Source: Chara braunii
Lineage: Eukaryota > Plantae > Charophyceae
Direction: 5' to 3'
Assembly (NCBI GenBank): GCA_003427395.1
Contig: BFEA01000005.1
Location: forward strand, 3,385,912 to 3,449,911
Length of the DNA stretch: 64,000 nucleotides
The stretch's first letter is position 1. The number at the start of each line of letters is the position of its first letter. Positions 1 through 10,705 of this stretch are shown here, one piece after another. Below the pieces are notes generated by a model. That model did no database searches. It was not told where the DNA came from and worked only from the letters and a program-made list of their open reading frames with translations. Position numbers and translations under genes: made by a program.

Positions 1-196
1 AGATTAAAAGCGGTGGATAACCTTGTTCCAGTAGGTCATGGTCAACGAGAACTTATTATTGGAGATAGACAAACAGGTAAGACTGCTATAGCTATTGATA
101 CTATATTGAATCAAAAGCAACATGCAAAAGGTGCCTCTAAGAAATAAAAGTTGCATTGTATGTATGTAGCAATTGGTCAAAAACGTTCAACCGTAG
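1..196 (+). pseudogene. atp1: NUMT fragment of mitochondrial ATP synthase F1 alpha subunit (Walker A region)
   Basis: Frame 1 reads [40 protein letters not shown]...*KLHCMYVAIGQKRSTV. Contains the GDRQTGKT P-loop, an internal TAA and a CpG-type change (GRG to GHG). Confidence 0.93.
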
Positions 197-1041
197 AAGT
201 CCATTACGAGACGGACACGACTTATTTAACGCCGTTAAAGATACTCGTAGTGAAGAACTCGCTGCGAAGACTCAAACTCATCGTGAAAGGGGATCACTGG
301 GGATAGTCAGCCCTTCGTTGAACCCCGACCGTGTCTTTGATACGGAGCTGAACGGAATACTCATGAACGTGAGATGCTGGTGGGATAATTGTCCGGACGT
401 GTTCGGCAAGGCCGATCCACTAAGTTTCATTTTGGGTTTTAGCTGAAGCGACAAGAGTCACATGAAACCCACGAAGGTGTTCAAAAATTTCGAAATGGTT
501 TTGTATTTCTGGGAATAAGCGTAACAAATTCATTTTAATGGTTAAATGAAAAGAATTTTTGTGTATTTTGACAGGGTAGTTATGAAAGAGATCACTGTGA
601 CAAGTTTTTTCGAAAAATTGTACGTACTACGTCCTCGTAGCGTGTTTTTTTCATTGTATGTTCGTCAATATTCAAAGGCCACGAAGTAGGAGAGCCTGGA
701 GAAGCTGATAAGAAACCTGAGAAAAGTCGGTCCGTGGAAGCCTTTAGCTCGTCGAGTAATGAGCGTGTTTGAAAAGAAGGGTCGAAGGCTAAGCCTTGCT
801 TCGAGAAATTGTGCGACTAGGCTTCGTATTCTATCGATTAGTGCTCTAGGTCTGGCGACTCCAATCAGCAAGTCGATGTTTTGAATTGAAGGCAACCAAT
901 TGTCAGGTCAGGCGGTCAATAAGACACTAACCCCACCCCCTCGTCCGGGGAGAAGCGTGGATAAGCACATACATAAATAAAATAAGTTGCTTGTTTTGTT
1001 GTGGTGGCTGCGTTAACTTTTTGGGTGAGTTGCATTCTTAG
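197..1041. other. Probable organelle-derived non-coding/intron-like segment inside the NUMT mosaic
   Basis: Lies between atp1 and cob fragments, is flanked by a TAG direct repeat and has no recognisable ORF. Origin not established. Confidence 0.35.
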
Positions 1042-1055
1042 CTCAGTTGGACAAA

Positions 1056-1214
1056 GCAGATTGTTTACTTTTAGGATGGATTAGATGTCAACCTGTGGAA
1101 GCACCCTATGTAGCTATTGGACAAATTGCATCAGGGTTTTTTTTCTTATACTTTGCAATTACGCCCTTTCTTGGTAAACTAGAAGCAAAACTTATCAAAA
1201 ATCATTGTGCATAA
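1056..1214 (+). pseudogene. cob: NUMT fragment: C-terminus of mitochondrial apocytochrome b
   Basis: Reads [52 protein letters not shown], matching the plant Cob C-terminus [18 protein letters not shown]. Confidence 0.9.
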
Positions 1215-1487
1215 CTTTCATTTTAATTGAATGTCAAGTATACGTTTATTTTTTATTTTTTTTAACAGTCAGATTACCATAAAAAATAGATAACTTTTTA
1301 ATCGTTTGTAATTTTTGTGAAAATTCACCGACCTTGTTTGTTTTCTTTCGAGCCTTCGAAATATTTTTTTTTGTTTTTTAGTAAGTTTTTTTGTTCGTTA
1401 AACATTTTTCAAGATTTTTTAACAAGTTTTAAATTTTGATACGCGCATTTTATTTATCTCAATTTTTTTTTCCATCAAATCGCAATT

Positions 1488-1523
1488 GTGAATAACGGGA
1501 ATCGAACCCACATCCCCTGCTTC
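1488..1523 (-). pseudogene. 3' half of an organellar tRNA (Gly-like)
   Basis: Minus strand GAAGCAGGGGATGTGGGTTCGATTCCCGTTATTCAC gives a T-arm plus acceptor 3' strand. The 5' half is absent. Confidence 0.5.
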
Positions 1524-1780
1524 AAGCTCGGTCTGACATTTTGACAATTTTTTTTAATAAAAGAGAGTGTAGATAAAACATATATCCTGGGAAAGTTTCT
1601 CAACCTGGTGGTCGACATAACAATAATGACATTTGTCGATATGCCACTGATTGTTTATTTAGATCATCATAGATAATTAGAGTGTGCATTCCATTGTCTC
1701 GGAAAAATTCTCCAATAGCACAACCTTCATAAGGAGCAAGAAATTGAAGAGGAGCAGAACCTGATGCAGTGGTTGTCACA
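1517..1780 (-). pseudogene. atp1: NUMT fragment of atp1 (Walker B region), inverted relative to 1-196
   Basis: Reads [80 protein letters not shown]-to-C and R-to-stop changes are typical of CpG decay. Confidence 0.93.
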
Positions 1781-4700
1781 AACCAACGACCCAATAGATA
1801 GGGTAAGTAGTGTGTGTAATCTAACTAAGCTTCCCTTCGAACTGTGCGTGCAAGATTTCCAAGCACACGGCTCTCCATCAGTTTGGCAAAACTAATGACT
1901 GTTTCCCTTTCCTTTTCATGTACAATGGAAACTCTGACACCACACTTCGTGTCGACACACGGGCAAAAAAGTTGAAGGCGTTCCCAAATTTTCTTGGTAG
2001 AGGATAGGATCGTCTGTATTAAGGGTCTTTGTTTTACATGCTCAGTATGATTATCCTGTTAACAAAAAAAATCATATGCCGCGAAGGAATGGCTATTATC
2101 TAAAGTCAATGTTGTTGGTTTCGATGATATTGGTGATTGAGCGAAAACAATAACGTTCAAGGAGTTTTTCCAAAAAATCAAAGAGAGATTGCTTGACAAA
2201 ACGACGGTCAACAAAGTCTTTAATGAGCTCACCACAATTAGCCAGAAGGGTTGGACCACTGTGGATGTTTTGTCACGTAAGGTAGATCATTTGTTGAAGG
2301 TGCCTGACTTGAATCTGCAGGATAACCAAGTCCATTCGAGGACAACTGGTGGTTGAAGCCAAATCCGATCAGTATAACTATAGACAATTTCGCGACCTCC
2401 CGCTTTAGAGGGGGCAAATGACTACACAGGTGAAGAGCACATATGTGTCCATTATGAGAGGTGGTCCATCAGGTGGGTTTCAGAATGAAAAAAGGATCTT
2501 GTGACAACAGAAGAGACAAGATCACACGCTCGTCGTCTTCGTTGACGACATCATGGAAAAGTGGCCCCTCGACGAGGCCGAGGGTGGAGCAAACAATGGC
2601 AATGAGTAAGGGAAGGGTGACGTCACTTCCATGGTGGCCAACAAGGGTGACACCAATTCGGGAGGATACAGTAAGAAAAATAAATCACGATTATTCCCAA
2701 AGCATCTCGGAATTGCAGTCGCAAGACCATAGGAAAAAATGAGTTTCACAAGAGAAGAATGGCAGAAAAGGGTAAACAACCGACAGTGTCTAAAGTATGG
2801 CACTGCAGAGAACATTATTGCATGACGCCCACTCATTCGTAACCCAAAAGGGAACAGCCAGTAAGAGTAGCGTTTTCTTCAACTGAGTTGGACGGTAAGG
2901 CCCCTGAAACCCTTTTCAAACCCCCAACTCGCATATCGCTCAGAAATCCTTAAAACTGTACTGTGTTTTGTCTCTCTGAGCGAAACCTTTGACGAACTTG
3001 GTGATAAACTGATTGCTTTGAGAACTTCGTTGTCTAAGAATGCAAAGTATGAGGGTGAGTTAATGATTGTTGACATTAACATTGCACGTACAGGAGCAAG
3101 TGCTTTGTTAGATCATGGGTCAACGTTGTCCAAATTTTCATAAAAGGCAATTAAGAAATTGCATCTAGGCGTAAAAGTGCAGCACCTTCCGGGACCTATC
3201 ACGTCTGTGTTTGCAGATAAAAGCACGATCACTGTCTCTCAATATGTAAGTTGTGCTAAATGTTATTTCCGAACAAAGAAAGGAAAACAAATATTTCATG
3301 AAATAATATTCCTTGTAGAAAAAAATATACCATTTGCCTTGATTCTGGGAATGGATTGGCACGAGGAGGTCAATCCAGGAATCAAATTCAAAGAGAAGAT
3401 TGTCAACCCGAAGGATGAAAATTCTAACTTGAAACCAATCAAACCCTTTCATAAGTTTGGTTCTGACTCGTCACTGTTTTTTTGTTGTACGAGTCTTCCT
3501 ACTTTTTCAAAATATGGTCACGAAAAAAAAATTGGCACACAACGTAATGATGGTACTCGTAAAGCAAGTCGGTAAGTATTATTCATTCTATTCTCCTCCT
3601 ATAGAAAAACTTCTATATGAATTTAAGGACTTGCAGACTGAACCCACAAACATAATTGAATGTGTTATCAAGCATACTATCAATATCATTCTTTGAAGTA
3701 AGATTCTCAAAGGACCCATCTACCGAATGTCTCTTGTGGAAGTAGAAGAATTAAAGAAACAATTGTAAGAACTCACATAAAAAGGATGGATTCAATCGAG
3801 TTTTTCTCCCTATGGCGCTCCTATTTTATTTGTGTCCGAAAATAAAGGATAACTTAGATTTTGTATTAAATATCGAGGGTCGAATTTCGTCACTATGAAA
3901 AATGTGAAACCTCTTCCTCGCATTGATGAGTTGCTGAATCAGTTGCAGGGAAGCAAGTATTTCAGTAAAATTCATCTAAAGTCGAAATACCATCAGATCG
4001 AGGTGGCGCTTGAAGATCAACACTAGACAGTCTTTTGAACCAGGTATGGTCACCACGAGTTTGTGGTTATGTTTTTCGGACTGACTAATGCACATGCTAC
4101 TTTCCAAAAATCTATGAACGAATTGTGTTCGTCAATGGTTGGATCAATTCGTAATAGTATATCTCGATGATATCCTCGTGTATAATAAAACAATTGAGGA
4201 ACATCAGGAACACCTGCGAATGGTTCTACAGATATTGCGAGAATGCAAATACAAACTGAATCCTAAGAAATCTGAGTTTGCTATATCTGAGGTATTATAC
4301 ATTTGACACATAGTGACCGAAGAAGGATCAAGGTCTGAAGAGAAGGAAATAATAGCAATTCGGGATTGGCCCAGACCCAAGACTGTCATTGACTTAATAT
4401 CTTTTATAGGACTTGCTAGTTATTACAGGAAGTTTATAAGAAACTTTCACTGATAGTTGCACTTATAAAAAAACTCTTAAAGAAAGAAAAACCTTTGTTA
4501 TGGGACAAAGATTGTGAGTTTGCATTTAAAAACTTAAAGCATGTGTTAACTCACTACACTGTAATCAAAATTATCTATTTTTCTCTCTTTCATTCTCACT
4601 ATTGATGATACTCGGTATAGAATTGAAGCGATGCTACAACAAGATGACGGCAAAGGATATAGACCCATTGAATTTATGTCTAAGCGTCTCCCGTCTAATA

Positions 4701-4846
4701 AGGTAGCTAACTCCGCATACTACAGAGAATGGTATGCCTTCGTTGCAGCTCTGGACACATGGAAACACTGCTTGCTCCAGATACACTTCACTACGTACTC
4801 AGACCACTCTACCGTGAAGTGGATAAAGACTCGACCTCGACTGTCC

Positions 4847-5153
4847 GACAAGTTAGTTAGATTGTCTGCATTTATTGATACGGTTGACTTTCAATTGAAA
4901 ACTACTAAGGAAAACTGTAATGTTGTTGTAGATGCTTTGTCCAGACGATCTGATTTATTTGAAGTTATTGTCTCTTATCTCGATATGTGGAATGACAAGT
5001 TAGTTAGATGGTCTGCATTTATTGATACGTTCGACTTTGAATTAAAAACTATTAAACCATCACTACCTCCGAACCTGTTTTTGTCGACCCTGATTTTCAC
5101 TGTGCACCGAGTTTAGTCGAGCCGGGGCAGTTTCATCAAAGAAAGAAGAAGGG

Positions 5154-5225
<72 letters not shown>

Positions 5226-5801
5226 CCCGAACGCTTTGATAACCACCAGATACATTCGTCCAAGCACTTGTGTGACTGTGCCCTCAATGAGGGCGTGAAC
5301 GGAAAAAAACAAAAAAGCAAAAAAAAAAAAAAAAAGGAATCCCTTTTCCTGTGATTGAGGGCAGATACATGATGCTACAACAGTGAGACAGTTACGTGCC
5401 ACCTGTGAAACACGCCCTGCCTGGCTGGCAGGGCACTACAAGGATTTCAATACAAAAAGAAAAAGAAAAACGACCTGCGATCCATTTTTCAACATAGTAG
5501 CCAGATACATTCGTCCAAGCACTGGTACAACTTCCACCCTCGTGAGGGTCTTTCCCGACATCCCTGGAGTGAGGACTCTTCGTTTTCTTTCTTTTTTTTT
5601 TTTCTTTTTTTTCTTCTTTTTTCGTCGGCCTCCAACCCTGCCCCGAGCCCCGTGTTTTCAGGAGTAGGCTACTAGATGGACTTTGAGTTTGCATGGGAAA
5701 GGTAGTGGTGGTTTAAGGAAAAGTCTAATGTTGTTGCATACGCTTTGTCCATACGATTTGATTTATTTGAAGTTATTATTTTTTACTTCGATATGTGGAA
5801 T
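4847..5801 (+). repeat. 147-bp in-frame tandem duplication at the RNase H/integrase junction; second copy split by a MITE
   Basis: GACAAGTTAGTTAGAT...GATATGTGGAAT at 4847-4993 recurs at 4994-5055 plus 5717-5801. Confidence 0.85.
5056..5712. mobile_element. Non-autonomous TIR element (MITE) inserted at TTAA
   Basis: Termini ACCATCACTACCT / AGGTAGTGGTGGT (12/13 inverted match). TTAA at 5052-5055 and 5713-5716. The empty site can be reconstructed from the upstream duplicate. Confidence 0.85.
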
Positions 5802-7311
5802 GGATTGAAAGACCAAATTCATAAGCGTTATATTGATGATCCAATTTGGAGTCCTATCATTGGGACTCTACAAAGAAACACTGAAGTATTCCCTGAATAT
5901 CGAATGCATGATGGCTTACTCTTCTTCATTGACAAAACCGAAACATGACTTTGCATTCCACATGAGGAACACATCAAGAGTATGATTATTGAGGAATGTC
6001 ATGACAGAGGACACTTCAGATTCAAGAAGACGTATGTCAACGTTAGAGAACACTTTAAATTGAAAGGAATGAACGAGGATGCGCTAACCTATAAGCGAAC
6101 TTGTCTTTTTTCCGAAGTTAACAGACCATCGCACGAGAATCCATTGGGACTGTGAAGATCACTCCCTATTCCAAGTCAATAAGGTGAATCCACCTCAATT
6201 AATTTCATGAGTCTCACGAACAGTCGGAATGCAATAATCCGGTAATGGTCATTGCGGATCGATTCTCTACATATGCTACATTCATTCCTCTATCTGTCGA
6301 AGCTAGAAAAAAACTCGTCATTCAGAAGTTTCAGATGCGATGGGTTTCAGGATATGGATTTAAAATAACCATCATCTCTGATCTGGATGTACGATTCACT
6401 GACCAACAGTGATAAAAGTTGAAGGCGTACGACACCCGATTGACCATGTTGTCAGGGAGACACCCTAAAACGAAAGGATAAATTGAACAGATGAATCATT
6501 TTTGCCAACAACTTTTGCTAATGTATGTACAACCAGATGAGATAGATTGGGATGAAAATTTGCTTAAGATTGCAAGTGTGTGTAGCAATAGTGTTCACGC
6601 CATCACCGGTAGAATCCCAAACGTACTTCGCAAGGATGGAAGTGGCAACGTCCCATTGATGCTTTGACACGTGACCAAGTCCAACGGCTTTCCCAGGAAC
6701 ATGAGAATTTGCAGTTCTGTATGAAGAAAAAAGAAAAAAAGTCTACGAAAATATTCAAAAAGCTCAAGTGCAAATAATTAAACAGGCTAACAAACATCGT
6801 CGCCCATCTGAGTTCAAAGAAAAAAATCTTGTGTGGGTCAAGTCTACAGAATTGTCCTCAGAAAAAAATGTATTACAAAAACTGCTACCTATCTATTATG
6901 GGTCATGGGAAGTTCTCAAGGTGATAAGGGATACTGATGGACCATCATATAGAATAGATTGACCCCCACACCTCAAAACATATGTAGTCTTTCATGCCTC
7001 TAAACTACTGCCATACGTAGAAGGACGTGATTTCCCCAATAGGTCATCTATACTTCCTTCTTTTAATGGATGGAGGCTACGAAGTTGAGAAAAAACTTGA
7101 ACATGGATACGTTTTTGCACGTGGCTGAGGTAGGAAACAGAAGAAGTTCAAGGTAAAGTTCACGTCTCAACCCTCATTTGAAGCTCGATGGTTTAGCAAA
7201 AAAGAGCTTTTACCTACAGCTCCCCATAATCTCTATGCATATGAGCGAGAATTATTCAACTATGTCTAAAGGATTTCTACGATGGAACTTGAAAAATTGA
7301 GCCGGCAGGAA

Positions 7312-8255
7312 TGCGATAACCCGCATAAATATGCCTTTGTCGTCGGCCAAGGGGGCCACCCTCAGGCCACAGACCGCCCTCAAGGCCCTACATCTGACTG
7401 TGGAAAATATAATCCCTGAAACAAGGCTTTAGAAGCCCTGTGCCCGAAAGTTGACCGAAGTCAGTTGTAACTCGGCATGTTGACACTCACGAGTCGAAGT
7501 CTTCACGGATTCAATCCAGGCCACTGATCAGACGCACACACTTGGTTGTACGCAGGTATCCAGGCAAAATTTGGTCCAAGTGGAAGCTTGTAACTGCACG
7601 AGATTCAGTCCTTTGGCTGTGAGTCAATCCGAGCCTATGTCTGTAAGAGACCAGAGGCTGGTCAAGGGGCGTCAACATTATTTATTGACCCAGCCCCTGG
7701 GAGTCAACATTCAGTCTTGCACTTGCTGCTAGACTTTGGCACGACGCTGGCTTGATGCTGGTTTAACGCTGGCAAGAAGCTGGTACTACGCTGGCATTGT
7801 GTGATGACGACGCGAGACTGCTGCATTGCGTCTGGCGCCCTTCTGCTTTTGGGCGCCAGTTGTCTTCTTGGTTGCTGACGTGGCAAGTTTTTGGCATTAC
7901 TATCATGGCGCATGCCACACTGTCTTCGACGCAGTTTGGGGATGCGACAAGGAGGGAGATCAGGAACTGTGAGATTGATTGAGTGAGAGAGAGAAGGAAA
8001 CTTACCTGTTGATGTTGTCGACACTGCGCAGTGCAGAGCAATCTTCATGGAAGATTTCTGCCTACGTGGCACTATGCTGTGATCAGATATTCTCAGACTC
8101 GTTACTTGGATACTGTTTCCTGACGTGGACGTGGGGAGAGGCCCGGAGAAGGAGTGGGGATTGAGGGGGATCTATCTACAAGGACATTGATGGATACTTT
8201 TTCTTCCACCCTGTAAGTATATTCTCCCCCCCATCAGCTTCGTCTTATGGTTACA
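7312..8255 (+). repeat. Possible 3' LTR of the Gypsy element
   Basis: Purine-rich tract GAAAAATTGAGCCGGCAGGAA then TG at 7312, with candidate end GGTTACA at 8255. No second copy in the window to confirm. Confidence 0.3.
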
Positions 8256-9154
8256 AGACATTGTATTACAGATCACATTTCATGATTATTGGAGACATTT
8301 ATCAGTGCTGAGACATCTTGTATTTCAACACTTGATGAGTTTCACTTCTGACTGGGTTCATTACAATCACTTCTAGTACATAAAGTCTGCAAAAAACATA
8401 GCCGATCCAAGATCGGATGGAGGCACTCGAAGCTGACTGATCAAAGAACACACTAAGACAAGAAAGAATAAGTTGCAAACCTTGAAGACACACAATCACT
8501 CCTAGCCACAGGCAAGAGCACACAATGAAGCCTGCAATTGTAAACAATCTACGCATCGAGAGGCAAAGACCACAGAAAGCTGCAGAGGCCAGCTCATCAA
8601 AATAGACAAGCAAAGTGCACAGGAAAAAATAACATTCGGGCCAAAATCCCAGCCAGATACAGTCCATATTCGCTCCGGCATTCCGACCAAAAAATGAACA
8701 GCGAGCCATCCACCAATGCCTACTTACCACAGATCAAGCCCAATGGCATACCTTCATCGTCCTTACCCATCTTCTCCCGTAAATACATGCCTCCTGACAC
8801 AAATGCATTCTCACAAGCGGAACAGCCAAATACATCCCGAAAGCCCATCAGATAGACAATCCCACCATCCTCTGCTGCGCATTATCTATCTTTCAAAACT
8901 CCACTCGATTGGTCAGCCTGTGTTGGGCAAAGGCTCCAGGAAGTTCAGAAACTCTATCGCTTGGAAGTAAATATGTACGAGGCATTTGAAACCCAAAGTG
9001 CCCGGGGGTGCGGACCGGCACTGGAATTTCCAAAAAGAAAAGGAAAAAATGCCAACTTTAGTGTGGCCAGAGGCTACATTGACACAGAATGGCGGGAAGG
9101 GTTAAACAGAACAAAGCTTTCCGGGTGTACTTAAGAAAACAAGAAAAACAAAAC

Positions 9155-9193
<39 letters not shown>

Positions 9194-10089
9194 TGTGATC
9201 GTACGGCTCCATTCTATTCTGGGGAGCATCAGTCCAGTTCCTTGTCCACAGACAAGCCGGAATACAAGGAATCCACTCTTATGCTTCCCCTCATTACAGC
9301 CAGAGGAACCACCCACAGCATTGATTGCTCTCTCTACAACAGATTTGACTGCCAGATACACCCATCCAGAAGAGCTCAAGCGACAGACATATCCGTATAT
9401 ACGAACAAACAGAATCAACTCCTCTCAGCCCAACTACCAGTCCTAGGCTGCCAGAACAGACATTAAGCACAAGAATTGGCTCTGGTTCTCCTCCGTTCTA
9501 GTGTGCAGTCCACTGTTTCAACTCGACCTAACGGTACTTGCACCTCCTCCTTCCCTCTGTTCCTCCAAGAGGGTTGCCAAATGACCCATCCCGGCCTTCT
9601 CCATCTCTTTCCGTTCCCTCGTTAGCCCCCTCCGAATCAACTCTTTCTCCTTACTCTCTACCCCCTATCGTTATCATGATGCATAGTCTACAGTTCCCAC
9701 TCAATCTAGCACTACATGTGCCTCTTTCTACCCCTTGTTCCTTCTCAGGACTTTCGAATCACCAATCCTAGCCTTCTCCCTCTCGTTCCATTTCCCTCAT
9801 TAACCTACGTTTCAGAATCCATTCCAGTGTTTGGACACTAACATCTTCACCCCTACAGAACGTACAGTAATTGCAGCCGTATTTGGGCCAACATTCATTC
9901 TAGATACGGGGGTACTGACCGGGTGTTCTATTCGGGGGAAGACAGCAGACACTTGTCCCTGATGCTCTCGGGTGTGACCTCCACATTTGTATGATCTCCT
10001 TTGCTTCTCCCCTGGAGCTTTGGCAGATCATCACTTAGTCTGTGCAGTTAGAACTTGGGAGTTTTCCTATCGACTAGGTCAGCTTACTC

Positions 10090-10560
10090 AGTTCACATTT
10101 ACATCGGAGAATAGGAGTGGCAGACTGCGGGGCAAAACTCCGTCATCAGGGAGAGGCTGAGGTACTGCTACCTCAGCAGTTCGCATTTCGACATCCTTTG
10201 CGCTGATCTGTCATTCCTGAAGCTGCTCCTGCTGCTCCTCCCTTCCCGCTGCTGCTGCTGATACCGGATCTCCTCCTGCTGCTCCTGCAGCTGCTGGTCT
10301 CCTCCTCCTCCTCCTGCTGCTGCTGCTGCTTGGGTACGTCCTCCACCTCTTTGTGGTCCTGCCACAGCCGCTGCTGCCGCAGCTGCTGTTACTGTGTTGT
10401 TACTGGGGCTGTTCTTGTTGTTTTTTTTATGTTGCAGCTCCTGCTCCCGCTGCCATTGTTGCTGCTGCCCTTGGATTTGTTTCCGATGTTTCCAAATTGC
10501 CGTCTGCTGCACATGCTTACAATCCACCTGTGACCTCAGCCAATGTTCATATCTGGGGAA
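10090..10560 (-). pseudogene. Diverged tandem duplicate of the AQR 3' coding end and proximal 3' UTR
   Basis: Aligns with 10586-11052. Reads RYEHWLRSQVDCKHVQQTAIWKHRKQIQGQQQ versus AQR RYEDWLRTQEVEFVHRQRTAICEHQKQMQEY, then shifts frame in an A-run. Confidence 0.8.
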
Positions 10561-10705
10561 CTTGGACGTTCACTACCACCAAGGTCAGTTCACATTTACA
10601 TTACCGATTGGGGGTGGCAGACTGGCACAAAACTCTGACATCACAGAGAGTCTGGGATGATGATGCATCAGCACTTCGCATTTCGAGATCCTTTGCACTG
10701 ATCTG

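Larger units (their letters stand above)
1880..7311 (+). mobile_element. Decayed Ty3/Gypsy LTR retrotransposon with chromodomain (gag-PR-RT-RH-INT-CHD)
   Basis: Degenerate zinc knuckle ~2787-2830; protease LLDHGST and LILGMDW (~3105-3360); RT PLPRIDELL, FGLTNA and YLDD at 4160-4171; RNase H RPIEFMSKRL and NVVVDALSR; integrase HHCC remnant ~5995-6110 and YGSWEV; chromodomain YEVEK...FKVKF...RWFS ~7075-7250. Many stops and frameshifts. Confidence 0.93.

Noticed and set aside
193-1041. GT...AG spliceosomal intron in a nuclear atp1
   Set aside because: Removing it deletes 4 coding bases and shifts the frame, and the upstream piece already has a stop.
7998-8010. U1 snRNA-like ACTTACCTG (also ~46742)
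   Set aside because: This is just the reverse complement of a splice-donor consensus, with no U1 body downstream.
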